This document shows, piece by piece, positions 16,445 to 24,737 of a stretch of DNA of 24,971 nucleotides. The notes beneath the pieces were generated by a model, which was given only the letters and a program-made list of their open reading frames with translations, was not told the origin of the DNA and did no database searches. How positions within the stretch are numbered: the first letter of the stretch is position 1; every line of letters starts with the position of its first letter. The stretch spans positions 1 through 24,971 of the IMG/VR virus record IMGVR_UViG_3300025154_000369, one strand, 5' to 3'. The DNA is from a virus. Lineage: Duplodnaviria; Caudoviricetes. The translations under genes were made by a program, and so were the position numbers.

Positions 16445-17584
16445 ATGACCAGACCAACCAACACCCGCACCACATTACGCCGCGCTGTTGCCATGCGGTT
16501 GATGATGCCGTTTGCTCGCAGGGTAGCGGCTGGTTTCTCGGATGCTACCAGCGGGTCAACCAGTATGTTGTTTGATTTACTGGTGTTATCCCAACCTTGG
16601 GATTTCTGGAAGGGGCAGTGGATGTTCTTTCCAACAACTGGGGAAGTAAGACAAATTCTAACATCCAGCCCACAAACCAAAGGAGTGCAATTCGAGTACC
16701 CACTAGCCGCCGCAGTGTCAACTGGATTAGATTATGAAATTCATTCTGTATTCAACGCCATTGAAATTCACGAAGCAATCAACCAGGCCATTCTATCTAG
16801 TTATCCATCCTTCTTTGAGACCGTGGAAGACCAATCCATTGTGATCTGTGAAGACAAAATGGAATATGATCTCACGGCAATTACGCCTGCGGTTGGGCTG
16901 GTGCATGAAGTAGCACTAGAGCGGCCCGTGAATGGTCTGTTCACAACAGTGAGTTCAGACACATACGCAGGTGGAGTAGAAACCATTACGCTTCCAGCCG
17001 GAACTGATCTGTCACCAGTGTCTGCCGGATGGTACGTGTCAATTTATGATGGGGCTGGCAAGGGCATTGCGAAGATCATCACCGAAGTAAACAATACCTT
17101 GAAGACCGTAAAATTTTCATCCGCTACTGATCCTGGACTGACCAGCACATCCAAGTGTTCGCTGTGGGATCCAAACGATCAACAATTAGACTGGTATCGG
17201 ATGAAGTATGTGCACTTCAGTTCCAAGGAATGGCCATCTAGCCTGCGGCTTTATTCACCCATCCGAAGTTATGTTGGTAGTCGGTTACGCATCAAGCATT
17301 CTACCATGCCATCCATTTTGAGTACCGAAGCATCTACTACAGTGGTACCGAAGGAATACATCATAGCCAAAGCCATTTCGATTTTGGCTGGATCCCGCAT
17401 TGGGGACAACCGGGTTGACCGTCAACGCTATGCCATTATGCAAGACATCTATGAGAAGGAAGCAGAAGCTTTCAAAATCCAAAATTTCTTCCGGCTGCCG
17501 GATTCAGAATTATTTATGGAAGGCAGAGACTCCGGCCACCTTTCCGAATTCGATCCGTTGGGCGATCCTCTTGGTTGGAGATAA
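16445..17584 (+). CDS. Head-to-tail adaptor (tail tubular protein A / P22 gp4-like position) with inserted beta domains
   Basis: N-terminal helix TTLRRAVA, IHEAINQAI..YP, EYDL and a C-terminal P..L.....T.VPKEYIIAKA helix pair typical of podoviral adaptors; lies just before the nozzle-like gene. Confidence 0.65.
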   Translation: MTRPTNTRTTLRRAVAMRLMMPFARRVAAGFSDATSGSTSMLFDLLVLSQPWDFWKGQWMFFPTTGEVRQILTSSPQTKGVQFEYPLAAAVSTGLDYEIHSVFNAIEIHEAINQAILSSYPSFFETVEDQSIVICEDKMEYDLTAITPAVGLVHEVALERPVNGLFTTVSSDTYAGGVETITLPAGTDLSPVSAGWYVSIYDGAGKGIAKIITEVNNTLKTVKFSSATDPGLTSTSKCSLWDPNDQQLDWYRMKYVHFSSKEWPSSLRLYSPIRSYVGSRLRIKHSTMPSILSTEASTTVVPKEYIIAKAISILAGSRIGDNRVDRQRYAIMQDIYEKEAEAFKIQNFFRLPDSELFMEGRDSGHLSEFDPLGDPLGWR

Positions 17585-17587
17585 GCC

Positions 17588-19603
17588 GTGGATCCACTTG
17601 GTGATATTAGGATAAATGGCAAGCCTTATCGGATAGATTTATCATCTTATAGGGACAAAGACCTGGCAGATTTCAGCCCACGCGCGGCGGTTGCGGGTGG
17701 ATCTGTGGCGCAGTCTGAACTCATGCTCTACCAGCCATTGTACATTACGGACTGGCGACATGGGTTTGGCTTTACTTGGAACACAGACGCCATGGGGTAC
17801 ATGCATTCCATGGGTAATATTGACACCCGACAGCCGGGCATTGCCATGTTATTTTCGGCAAAAGATGAAACTACCCTACCACAGGACTCGGGCAACAATA
17901 ACAAATTAGGCATCGTAAAATTCAATGGCGACCTGTACACCTGGGGGCCTGCCGGGGTGCATAAGCTGAGTATTTCTGGCACGCCGGTGTGGTCACTCAT
18001 CTTTGCAGGCGCCGTAAACTATGCCATGGTCACGAATACTTACCTGTTTTTCTGCCCTGATGGTGGTCAAATGAAAAAGATGACCACCGCTGGAGTGATA
18101 ACAGATGCCGGTATAGATACTGCAGATGATTTCAAGTGGCTGATCATGCACAAAGGCGAAGCCTATGCCGGTGAAGACAGCACCAGTTTAGTGCATTACG
18201 CTTCGGCTGATGATCTCAGTGACATGGAAGGCGGGGCCACAGACGAAGGAAAGATACCCTGCGGGTTCGGTGGTTTTGGGACTCTGGGTGCCGTGTCATT
18301 TGGTAATGAGTTGTATGTATTTCGGCGAGATGGTGTGTATGTAGTTGGCACAGATAAGATAGGCCGCCGTATATTAGATTATTCCAGCGAAGCCACCAGT
18401 GACAATTTCACCGGCAAGGCAATCTTCAATGGCTACTTGTATTACAGTGTCAGGAACAAAATCTACCAGTGGAACGGTTCTCGGGTTGTAGATGTCACCC
18501 CGCCCCGCATGTCTGACCAATTCCCTTACTCGGAGTTGCGGGCAATTGGGCCAATGGTAGTAGCCAACAATTTCCTGTATATGATGGCCAATTGGGTAAA
18601 TTATCCGATGGATTCTAACATTCCGGGGATCGGAAGCCAGGGTACGTACACTTCGCTGTTCTGTTTTGACGGGGTGGGCTGGCACAAACTACTGGATTTC
18701 TCGACCTCAGGTGGGCAACCGCAATACAGCTCCATGTTCGTGGATGGTGATCAAACCATACTGTATTACTTTTTATCCAACAGCACCGCAGCCAATAGCA
18801 AATTTGGAAAAATGCAGCTTGGCGTTACCAACATTGCATCCAGACCTCACCCCACGACTGGTACTAATGTTCTAATATCCAGCCGTTTGGATATGGGTTT
18901 TCGCCGGGTGGACAAATTCTCTCCAAGCATTTTGATTGAGGCTTCCAACATACTGAAAGCTGGAGGAGCCACCGATCGCTGGCTGACGATCAGTGCCCTG
19001 ATGATGGGCAAGGGTGCGAGTGAAACTTCTGGGGACAGACTGCAATATTTTGTATTGGGCACAATCACACGCAATGGTGTGACTGAATTGAATTTCCCTG
19101 GGGCTTCGTTGAGTGATCATGGGGCACATTTGACATCCACGGAGGGACTATCTGTATGGAATCCCACCCAACCGAGCGATCCCAAACAGTGGAGCGCACC
19201 CAGAACTGCTACTGTGCCAATGGGAGTTTATAAGTATGTCATTCTAATTGTTCAATTCCACACCAACAACTCTGACCAAAGCCCCATCTTGGAAGGAATG
19301 ACATTGCGCTTTTTGCTGCGCCCGGATGTGTTCTATGGCTACAATTTCAACGTGGTAGCTGCCACTCATTCATTGTATGGAGACAACCCGGACTCGCGCA
19401 CAGCTGGAGAAATCATCCAGGAATTGAAAATGCTGCGCAATTCAAAACACCCGGTGGAATTTATAGACATTTATGGGTTGATACACACAGTGTATGTCAG
19501 TTCGGTGACAAACACAGGTGTGGAACGACATGAAGATTCGGATACCGGCGCCATGCGCAACATTGAAACTCTATGTAATCTGAATCTGGTGGAAGTGCGC
19601 TAA
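17588..19603 (+). CDS. Tail nozzle/stabilisation protein (P22 gp10 / T7 gp12-like beta-propeller)
   Basis: 671 aa with repeated short beta-strand units (FNGDLYTW, FGNELYVF, FNGYLYY, ANNFLYM) and C-terminal SRLDMG...K and PILEG..L motifs; GTG start with GGAG 7 nt upstream. Confidence 0.7.
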   Translation: MDPLGDIRINGKPYRIDLSSYRDKDLADFSPRAAVAGGSVAQSELMLYQPLYITDWRHGFGFTWNTDAMGYMHSMGNIDTRQPGIAMLFSAKDETTLPQDSGNNNKLGIVKFNGDLYTWGPAGVHKLSISGTPVWSLIFAGAVNYAMVTNTYLFFCPDGGQMKKMTTAGVITDAGIDTADDFKWLIMHKGEAYAGEDSTSLVHYASADDLSDMEGGATDEGKIPCGFGGFGTLGAVSFGNELYVFRRDGVYVVGTDKIGRRILDYSSEATSDNFTGKAIFNGYLYYSVRNKIYQWNGSRVVDVTPPRMSDQFPYSELRAIGPMVVANNFLYMMANWVNYPMDSNIPGIGSQGTYTSLFCFDGVGWHKLLDFSTSGGQPQYSSMFVDGDQTILYYFLSNSTAANSKFGKMQLGVTNIASRPHPTTGTNVLISSRLDMGFRRVDKFSPSILIEASNILKAGGATDRWLTISALMMGKGASETSGDRLQYFVLGTITRNGVTELNFPGASLSDHGAHLTSTEGLSVWNPTQPSDPKQWSAPRTATVPMGVYKYVILIVQFHTNNSDQSPILEGMTLRFLLRPDVFYGYNFNVVAATHSLYGDNPDSRTAGEIIQELKMLRNSKHPVEFIDIYGLIHTVYVSSVTNTGVERHEDSDTGAMRNIETLCNLNLVEVR

Positions 19604-20301
19604 TGCCACTTACCAGAATTCGCACGCCACGCTACATCAAGCCCAGCGCAAAGGGAAAGCAGACGCGGATACGAATTCCCCAGCCGGAAGAACGTCCGTT
19701 GACATTGCGCAAGCGTGATGTTGCTCTATGGAACCAGATCAACTTGGAGCCGTGGTGGTTTACCCTGCACCGGCGCGGCGTGAAGCGTCCAAAGATTGGG
19801 GAAGATCCACTTGAAGCCAGAGCTGTATCCAAAAGCCAGGTCAATGGAACGCTGCCCGAGAGGATCGTATATGCTTACTTAGTCAACAGACTGAGATTGG
19901 TAAGTGGACTTGACTTTGATTTCCAAAGTTCGCAAAACGGCGGGCGGCTAGAACTTGGTGGCATTGTCGCCGATTTCCTCTTCCCAATGATGCGAATAGT
20001 TATTCAGGTGCAAGGGCCTACCCATGACACGCTGCTGCGCTCGAAGAAAGATACCGAGCAAGAAGGAACGCTGGCTGAAATGGGCTACATGGTATTTGCC
20101 CTGGATGACGACACCATCTACAACGAATATTTGTTCGAAGAATGGATGCGCCGGGCATTTGGTTTGGCTAATGGCATAGGTGGATCGGGTGGTGCTTATG
20201 GCCCACATGAGTCCAGCATGGATTGGTGGGTAATGATCCTGGCCAGAGTAAAGGACATAGAAAATTTATACTATAGGACATTCCATTTTGGAGGACTATG
20301 A
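19603..20301 (+). CDS. DUF559/Vsr-like PD-(D/E)xK nuclease-fold protein with an Arg-rich N-terminus
   Basis: TLPERIVYAYL...FDFQ...IVADFL.P..RIVIQVQGPTH...KKD..QE..L..MGY.VF follows the DUF559 pattern (T..E..lw..L / F..Q / i.DF / lviEvDG..H / D..rd..L...G..Vl); coupled to both neighbours by TAATG and ATGA overlaps. Confidence 0.75.
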   Translation: MPLTRIRTPRYIKPSAKGKQTRIRIPQPEERPLTLRKRDVALWNQINLEPWWFTLHRRGVKRPKIGEDPLEARAVSKSQVNGTLPERIVYAYLVNRLRLVSGLDFDFQSSQNGGRLELGGIVADFLFPMMRIVIQVQGPTHDTLLRSKKDTEQEGTLAEMGYMVFALDDDTIYNEYLFEEWMRRAFGLANGIGGSGGAYGPHESSMDWWVMILARVKDIENLYYRTFHFGGL

Positions 20302-22688
20302 CCACTGAAGAAGATGTCCTTGCATTATTACAAAAGATTGAAGCCGATCTGGTCAACTTGCCCAAGACATTATTGTTGGGAGCCAATCAGATTGTAATAG
20401 TCACCGGCCTGTCTGATCTTTCCGAGAGCTTGGGCATGATCCAAGCGGGCGAATTCAGGTCAGGAAACAGATTGGAAATAGGTAGTGGCTTTTCTGGGAT
20501 GCGCACAGCCTACCCGCCCATGACTTACAATCTTGGGGCCACTCCAACCTTATGGAACCTGGTTGGAGTCAATGCAGATGTATTGCAGTTTGGGGTGCGA
20601 GCCAGTGATGGCACATTAGTGGCGGGTGGGGGTGCTGTGGTGCTAAGCTCATCCGGCATATCAGCTATTGCTGGAACTATTGGTGGTTGGACGATTGGAG
20701 CTACCACCCTTACAGGCGGACAAGTAAAACTGGATTCTGCAGGGATCATCAACGTTGGATTAGTAAACGGCATCATTGTCGATGGGGCAAACCAGAACAT
20801 TCGTTCGGCCAGCTTCGCTGCGGACAGTTCGGGCTGGCGCATTTTGAGTGACGGTTCAGCAGAATTCAATAATGTCAATGTTCGGGGAGAAATCACTGCT
20901 GCTGTGATGACATACAATGTCATTCAAGCATTCGCCGGGAGTATGGGAGTGATGAAATCGGCGGGTGTGGTGCGGGATGATGTCACTGTTCAAGTGTCCA
21001 CACCGTTCGATATTACTGTTCAGGATCCGGCAGTTGGACACATGGCAGTGTTTGCTGTGGGTGACTTCCTACGCATGAAGTTGGGCGGGACTGATACCTG
21101 GTTTTTGGTAAATTCAGTCACTAACAACACCACATACTACACCTACAATGTCACTAGGCAAAGTGGCACATCTGGAAATATTATCAAGGCTGGATCTTCA
21201 CTGATAGATTATGGAATATCCAATGACGGCTTCCTCTATATGACAGCCGATGACACCTATGGCCCATATTTTGCAGTAAAAACCCACGCTGGTGCGCCCT
21301 GGACTACCACAACTGAGCACGTACGGCTTGGAAATCTCAACGGAAATTGGGGCTATGTGGCTGATATTTATGGCATGGCCATTGGACAATACGCGGCAAG
21401 CAAGCCCAATATCACTATCGACCCAACCAACGGGTTGCGCATTCGCAATTACACGGCGGATGTCCTGAAGTTCGATGTGTCCGGTAACGCGATCATTAGT
21501 GGCAAATTGCAGATGAACCAGGCCACGTCTGCTATTGCCATTGGCGCCACCCCGCCCACCAGTGCAACGGCAGGAACCGGTATCTGGATTGATCGCACCG
21601 GACTATATGGTTTGAATGCCAATGTGCAGCAGACCTACATCAATTCAACTGGACAAATAAAAGCTGGTGCAGGCAATATAACCCTTGATTCAGGTGGAAT
21701 AACAATAGGAAATACTATTACTAATGGGTGGATAAGGTTTAAAAATGATGTTGGGGTTGAGTCTGTATTCATAAGTACCGACGGAACAAACGCATTTAAC
21801 ATTATAAATACCAATGTTGGTGCAAAAATAAAATTTACTGTTGCACAAACAGACGGTGGCACACCATATTTGCTGTGGTATGAAGTAACTACAAATCAAC
21901 CGAGATTTGATATTTCTGGTGCTTTGTGGGTTCGAGACTATGTGGAACTACAAAAAAATTTGACATTGAAAGAAATGACAGCTCCCGCTACTCCAGCAGC
22001 AAATTACGGAACCATATATATCAAAACCAACAGCGATCTTTATTTCAAGAATGACGCGGGGACAGAGTATCGCCTCAACACCGAAAACCTGCACGGTATC
22101 ATACCAAACCCATCGTTTCGGAATTTGAGCGCCTTGCCTACCGGATGGTCGTGGGCAGGGACGCCATTCATTACGCCGCCGACAGTAAATTATTTCAGCG
22201 ATGGTATGAAATGTTGGTACTACACAGTCGCATCAAGATCGTTTGTGTATAAGGCATATACCGCAAATCAGCGCAACCACTGGGCGCAGGCGTCCGTTTA
22301 TCGTCTGGATGTGGGCGGCTACGTCGGGTTTCGTATTGATGATGGCACTGACAACAATTATGTGGAGCTGGTGCAGGCACCCCAGTCGGATGGATCGTTT
22401 GGTTTTACGCGCAGGACACGCACTGGCGGTGGAGCGCCGGTTGTAACTATGCTCAAATCATTCGTCACACCGATACCGTGGGTTATTCTTTACTGTTATC
22501 TCAATGGGACGCTGCACAGCGCGTGGGGTTTGGACTTCTATATTCAGGGGCCGGGAGTACCGATTCAAATTCTTGGATATGGCGGAACGGCATTGACGTG
22601 GACACCAACCAGAGTTGGGTTTGTTATCACAGTTGTAACAGCCAGTGCGCCGTATTTATATGCAACCATAGATTCGTACTTAGAATAA
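20298..22688 (+). CDS. Tail fibre / receptor-binding protein
   Basis: 796 aa, G/T/N/I-rich beta repeats, GTIGGWTI and GWRILSDGSAEFNNVNVRG motifs common in phage tail fibres, aromatic-rich lectin-like C-terminal domain; GGAGG RBS at 20290-20294. Confidence 0.8.
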   Translation: MTTEEDVLALLQKIEADLVNLPKTLLLGANQIVIVTGLSDLSESLGMIQAGEFRSGNRLEIGSGFSGMRTAYPPMTYNLGATPTLWNLVGVNADVLQFGVRASDGTLVAGGGAVVLSSSGISAIAGTIGGWTIGATTLTGGQVKLDSAGIINVGLVNGIIVDGANQNIRSASFAADSSGWRILSDGSAEFNNVNVRGEITAAVMTYNVIQAFAGSMGVMKSAGVVRDDVTVQVSTPFDITVQDPAVGHMAVFAVGDFLRMKLGGTDTWFLVNSVTNNTTYYTYNVTRQSGTSGNIIKAGSSLIDYGISNDGFLYMTADDTYGPYFAVKTHAGAPWTTTTEHVRLGNLNGNWGYVADIYGMAIGQYAASKPNITIDPTNGLRIRNYTADVLKFDVSGNAIISGKLQMNQATSAIAIGATPPTSATAGTGIWIDRTGLYGLNANVQQTYINSTGQIKAGAGNITLDSGGITIGNTITNGWIRFKNDVGVESVFISTDGTNAFNIINTNVGAKIKFTVAQTDGGTPYLLWYEVTTNQPRFDISGALWVRDYVELQKNLTLKEMTAPATPAANYGTIYIKTNSDLYFKNDAGTEYRLNTENLHGIIPNPSFRNLSALPTGWSWAGTPFITPPTVNYFSDGMKCWYYTVASRSFVYKAYTANQRNHWAQASVYRLDVGGYVGFRIDDGTDNNYVELVQAPQSDGSFGFTRRTRTGGGAPVVTMLKSFVTPIPWVILYCYLNGTLHSAWGLDFYIQGPGVPIQILGYGGTALTWTPTRVGFVITVVTASAPYLYATIDSYLE

Positions 22689-22699
22689 GGAGGAGTGAA

Positions 22700-23080
22700 A
22701 TGAAACTAACATTGAAAGACATTGCAAGTTCCGAGCAGGCACTGACAAATTTGTTAGAGCAAAAGCCACCCGCTATTGCATCTTACAAAATTCAACGTGC
22801 GTTGCGCCACATTATTCCCGAGATTGAGCTATTCAGCAAAACTCGTGATGAATTAGTGCAGAAATATGGCAAACCAATTGAAGGTCAGCCGGGAGCATTT
22901 CAGATTGCCCCTGAGTTTGCGAAGCAGTATGAAGAAGAAATGACAACCCTGATCAACCAGGAATTGGAGCTTGATCTGCATCCCATCCCATTGTCTGACC
23001 TGAAAACATTGGACATTCAGGTTAGGGATATGTTACTCTTAGATTACCTTATTGTGGATGATGTGAAAGGAGATGAATAA
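22700..23080 (+). CDS. DUF1617-like small helical phage protein (possible tail-fibre chaperone), 126 aa
   Basis: True start is ATG 22700 after AAGGAGGAG (22687-22695); pattern SYKI.R..R.I..E...F.K.R.ELVQKYG...Y.EE...L..QE.E, as in proteins found between phage fibre and lysis genes. Confidence 0.7.
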   Translation: MKLTLKDIASSEQALTNLLEQKPPAIASYKIQRALRHIIPEIELFSKTRDELVQKYGKPIEGQPGAFQIAPEFAKQYEEEMTTLINQELELDLHPIPLSDLKTLDIQVRDMLLLDYLIVDDVKGDE

Positions 23081-23919
23081 TGGGCGAGCTTACTAAAGGG
23101 TTCGATGTCAGTTTTTGGCAAGACAATAATTCCACCGCTCAGCAGATCGACTTCGTGAAAGCGTACAACAACGGCATCCGCTTTGTTATGATCAAGTCCA
23201 GTCAAGCATTGTACCAAGATGAAGATATCCTCTACAACTGGAAAAGCAGCAAGGCAGCGGGTGTTCTCCGCACGGCCTATCATTTCCTGGATTGGGTTGC
23301 TGATCCAGTACAACAAGCTCGCTATGCCTGGTCACTGATCAAAGCTGATCCGCCAGAACTGCCACCTATGCTCGACTATGAGTATTGGGGAACCGTGCCC
23401 GCTAATTCAGAGGATCTCATGTGGGCTTGGCTGCAGGAAATGGAGCTGTTGTGTGGGCGCCCACCACTAATCTACACTGGCGCATATTTCTGGAAGGCTC
23501 AAGCCAATCAGGATCCAAAGTGGAAGAAATACCCATTGGTGATTGCCAGCTACTCCACCCAGGGATATATGGAATTGAATGTGGACAACATGACACCCTG
23601 GGATGCCTGGACGTTCTGGCAGTTCACCTCCAAAGGCAGCGGCCCAACTTATGGCGCCGAGAGTGCCAACATTGATCTGGATTACTTCAACGGAAGTTAC
23701 TCAGATCTGTTGACCTTTGCCGGATTCACTGTTCCGCAGCCTACACCCGCTCCGGCCCTGTTGGATAATATCTATGGAGAAGTTCACGATCTCCAAACTT
23801 CCATCAATGTCCGGGCCACAGAACTGGAAACAAAGGTGGCCGCCGATCTGGAAGCATTGCGCAACCACATGAATGCTGAATCTGAGTACATCAAGAGGCT
23901 GATCCGACCAGGAAGCTGA
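23080..23919 (+). CDS. Endolysin, glycoside hydrolase family 25 muramidase
   Basis: GFDVSFWQ, FVMIKSSQ, AYHF, LPPMLDYE (catalytic DxE, 23374-23382), PLIYTG, WTFWQFTS and IDLDYF; Pro-rich linker then a helical tail. Confidence 0.93.
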   Translation: MGELTKGFDVSFWQDNNSTAQQIDFVKAYNNGIRFVMIKSSQALYQDEDILYNWKSSKAAGVLRTAYHFLDWVADPVQQARYAWSLIKADPPELPPMLDYEYWGTVPANSEDLMWAWLQEMELLCGRPPLIYTGAYFWKAQANQDPKWKKYPLVIASYSTQGYMELNVDNMTPWDAWTFWQFTSKGSGPTYGAESANIDLDYFNGSYSDLLTFAGFTVPQPTPAPALLDNIYGEVHDLQTSINVRATELETKVAADLEALRNHMNAESEYIKRLIRPGS

Positions 23920-23920
23920 T

Positions 23921-24286
23921 ATGGGTACAGGCTACGATACGTGGGTAGAAATTGCTCAAATCGGTTCCCTGTTATTGGCAATCACGATTGTCGGACTGGA
24001 AATTTGGCGCGCCAGAAAGAGAAACGGCGGAGACTTGGACGAGCCGGTATTGCTGATTGTTTGGATGATTCACTCAATTGTCTTCTACATTGGAGTGTTG
24101 CTAAATCGTCACGGCTTTATATCCATTTCAAACAGCCCAATTTTCTTTGCTAGTTGGTCGGCCACGCTCCGTCTGCATGGCTACACTTCTCTGCTCATCT
24201 TGTGTATCTTGCGAGTGAACAGGAGAAAACAAATCAAACGAAGGACGGAAGGAATTCTATATGGATCCGACTGTACAGACAGGTAA
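23921..24286 (+). CDS. Membrane protein with three TM segments, putative holin or antiholin
   Basis: Three hydrophobic stretches and a basic C-terminal tail (RVNRRKQIKRR); immediately after the endolysin. Confidence 0.6.
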   Translation: MGTGYDTWVEIAQIGSLLLAITIVGLEIWRARKRNGGDLDEPVLLIVWMIHSIVFYIGVLLNRHGFISISNSPIFFASWSATLRLHGYTSLLILCILRVNRRKQIKRRTEGILYGSDCTDR

Positions 24287-24737
24287 CATCAGCATCTGGG
24301 TAACCATTGGAGCATACATTGTTCCCACGATCATCAGCATATTCACACTCTGGTTTCAACTGAGAAAGGATAATGCTCAAATACGACAAACCGGAGCAGC
24401 AATTCAGAAAACCGGGGCGGATGTCAAAAAGACTGAAGCCGAAACAAAGCAGGTGTCCGGTGCCACAGAAATAGCCAGCGGCACTTTGTCTCTGGAATGG
24501 GCAAGAGAGTTCAGGAGCAGATTGGAAGCGGTAGAGAAAGACAACAAGTGCATGGATGAAGAATTAGGCACGCTGCGAGAAGAAAACGTTGCTCTGAAAT
24601 CGAAAGTGCTGTCGCTGGAAGCCAAAGTCACTTTACTGGAAAGCGATAATACATTACTCCGACAGCGAGTGAAGGAATTGGAAACTGAAAACGCCACGCT
24701 CAGGCGTGATGTTCATAAAATAAATGGAGGATCATAA
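24261..24737 (+). CDS. Single-TM coiled-coil protein of the lysis cassette (holin- or spanin-like accessory)
   Basis: N-terminal hydrophobic helix (ISIWVTIGAYIVPTIISIFTLWF) and C-terminal leucine-zipper heptads (LREENVALKSKVLSLEAKVTLLESDNTLLRQRVKELETENATLR); GGAAGGA upstream. Confidence 0.65.
   Translation: MDPTVQTGNISIWVTIGAYIVPTIISIFTLWFQLRKDNAQIRQTGAAIQKTGADVKKTEAETKQVSGATEIASGTLSLEWAREFRSRLEAVEKDNKCMDEELGTLREENVALKSKVLSLEAKVTLLESDNTLLRQRVKELETENATLRRDVHKINGGS

Noticed and set aside
22080-22688. Diversity-generating retroelement target at the fibre C-terminus
   Set aside because: I saw no template repeat differing only at adenines and no reverse transcriptase in the window; it cannot be excluded elsewhere in the genome.
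22478-22699. N-terminal 74-aa extension of the 200-aa ORF overlapping the fibre gene
   Set aside because: It overlaps the fibre CDS out of frame, while ATG 22700 has a strong AAGGAGGAG RBS and begins the recognisable domain.
170-23981. Numerous 60-199 aa minus-strand and out-of-frame ORFs (e.g. 11538-12137, 10623-11129, 9455-9952, 6558-7034)
   Set aside because: All are shadows within long plus-strand genes, with no recognisable motifs; expected antisense artefacts.
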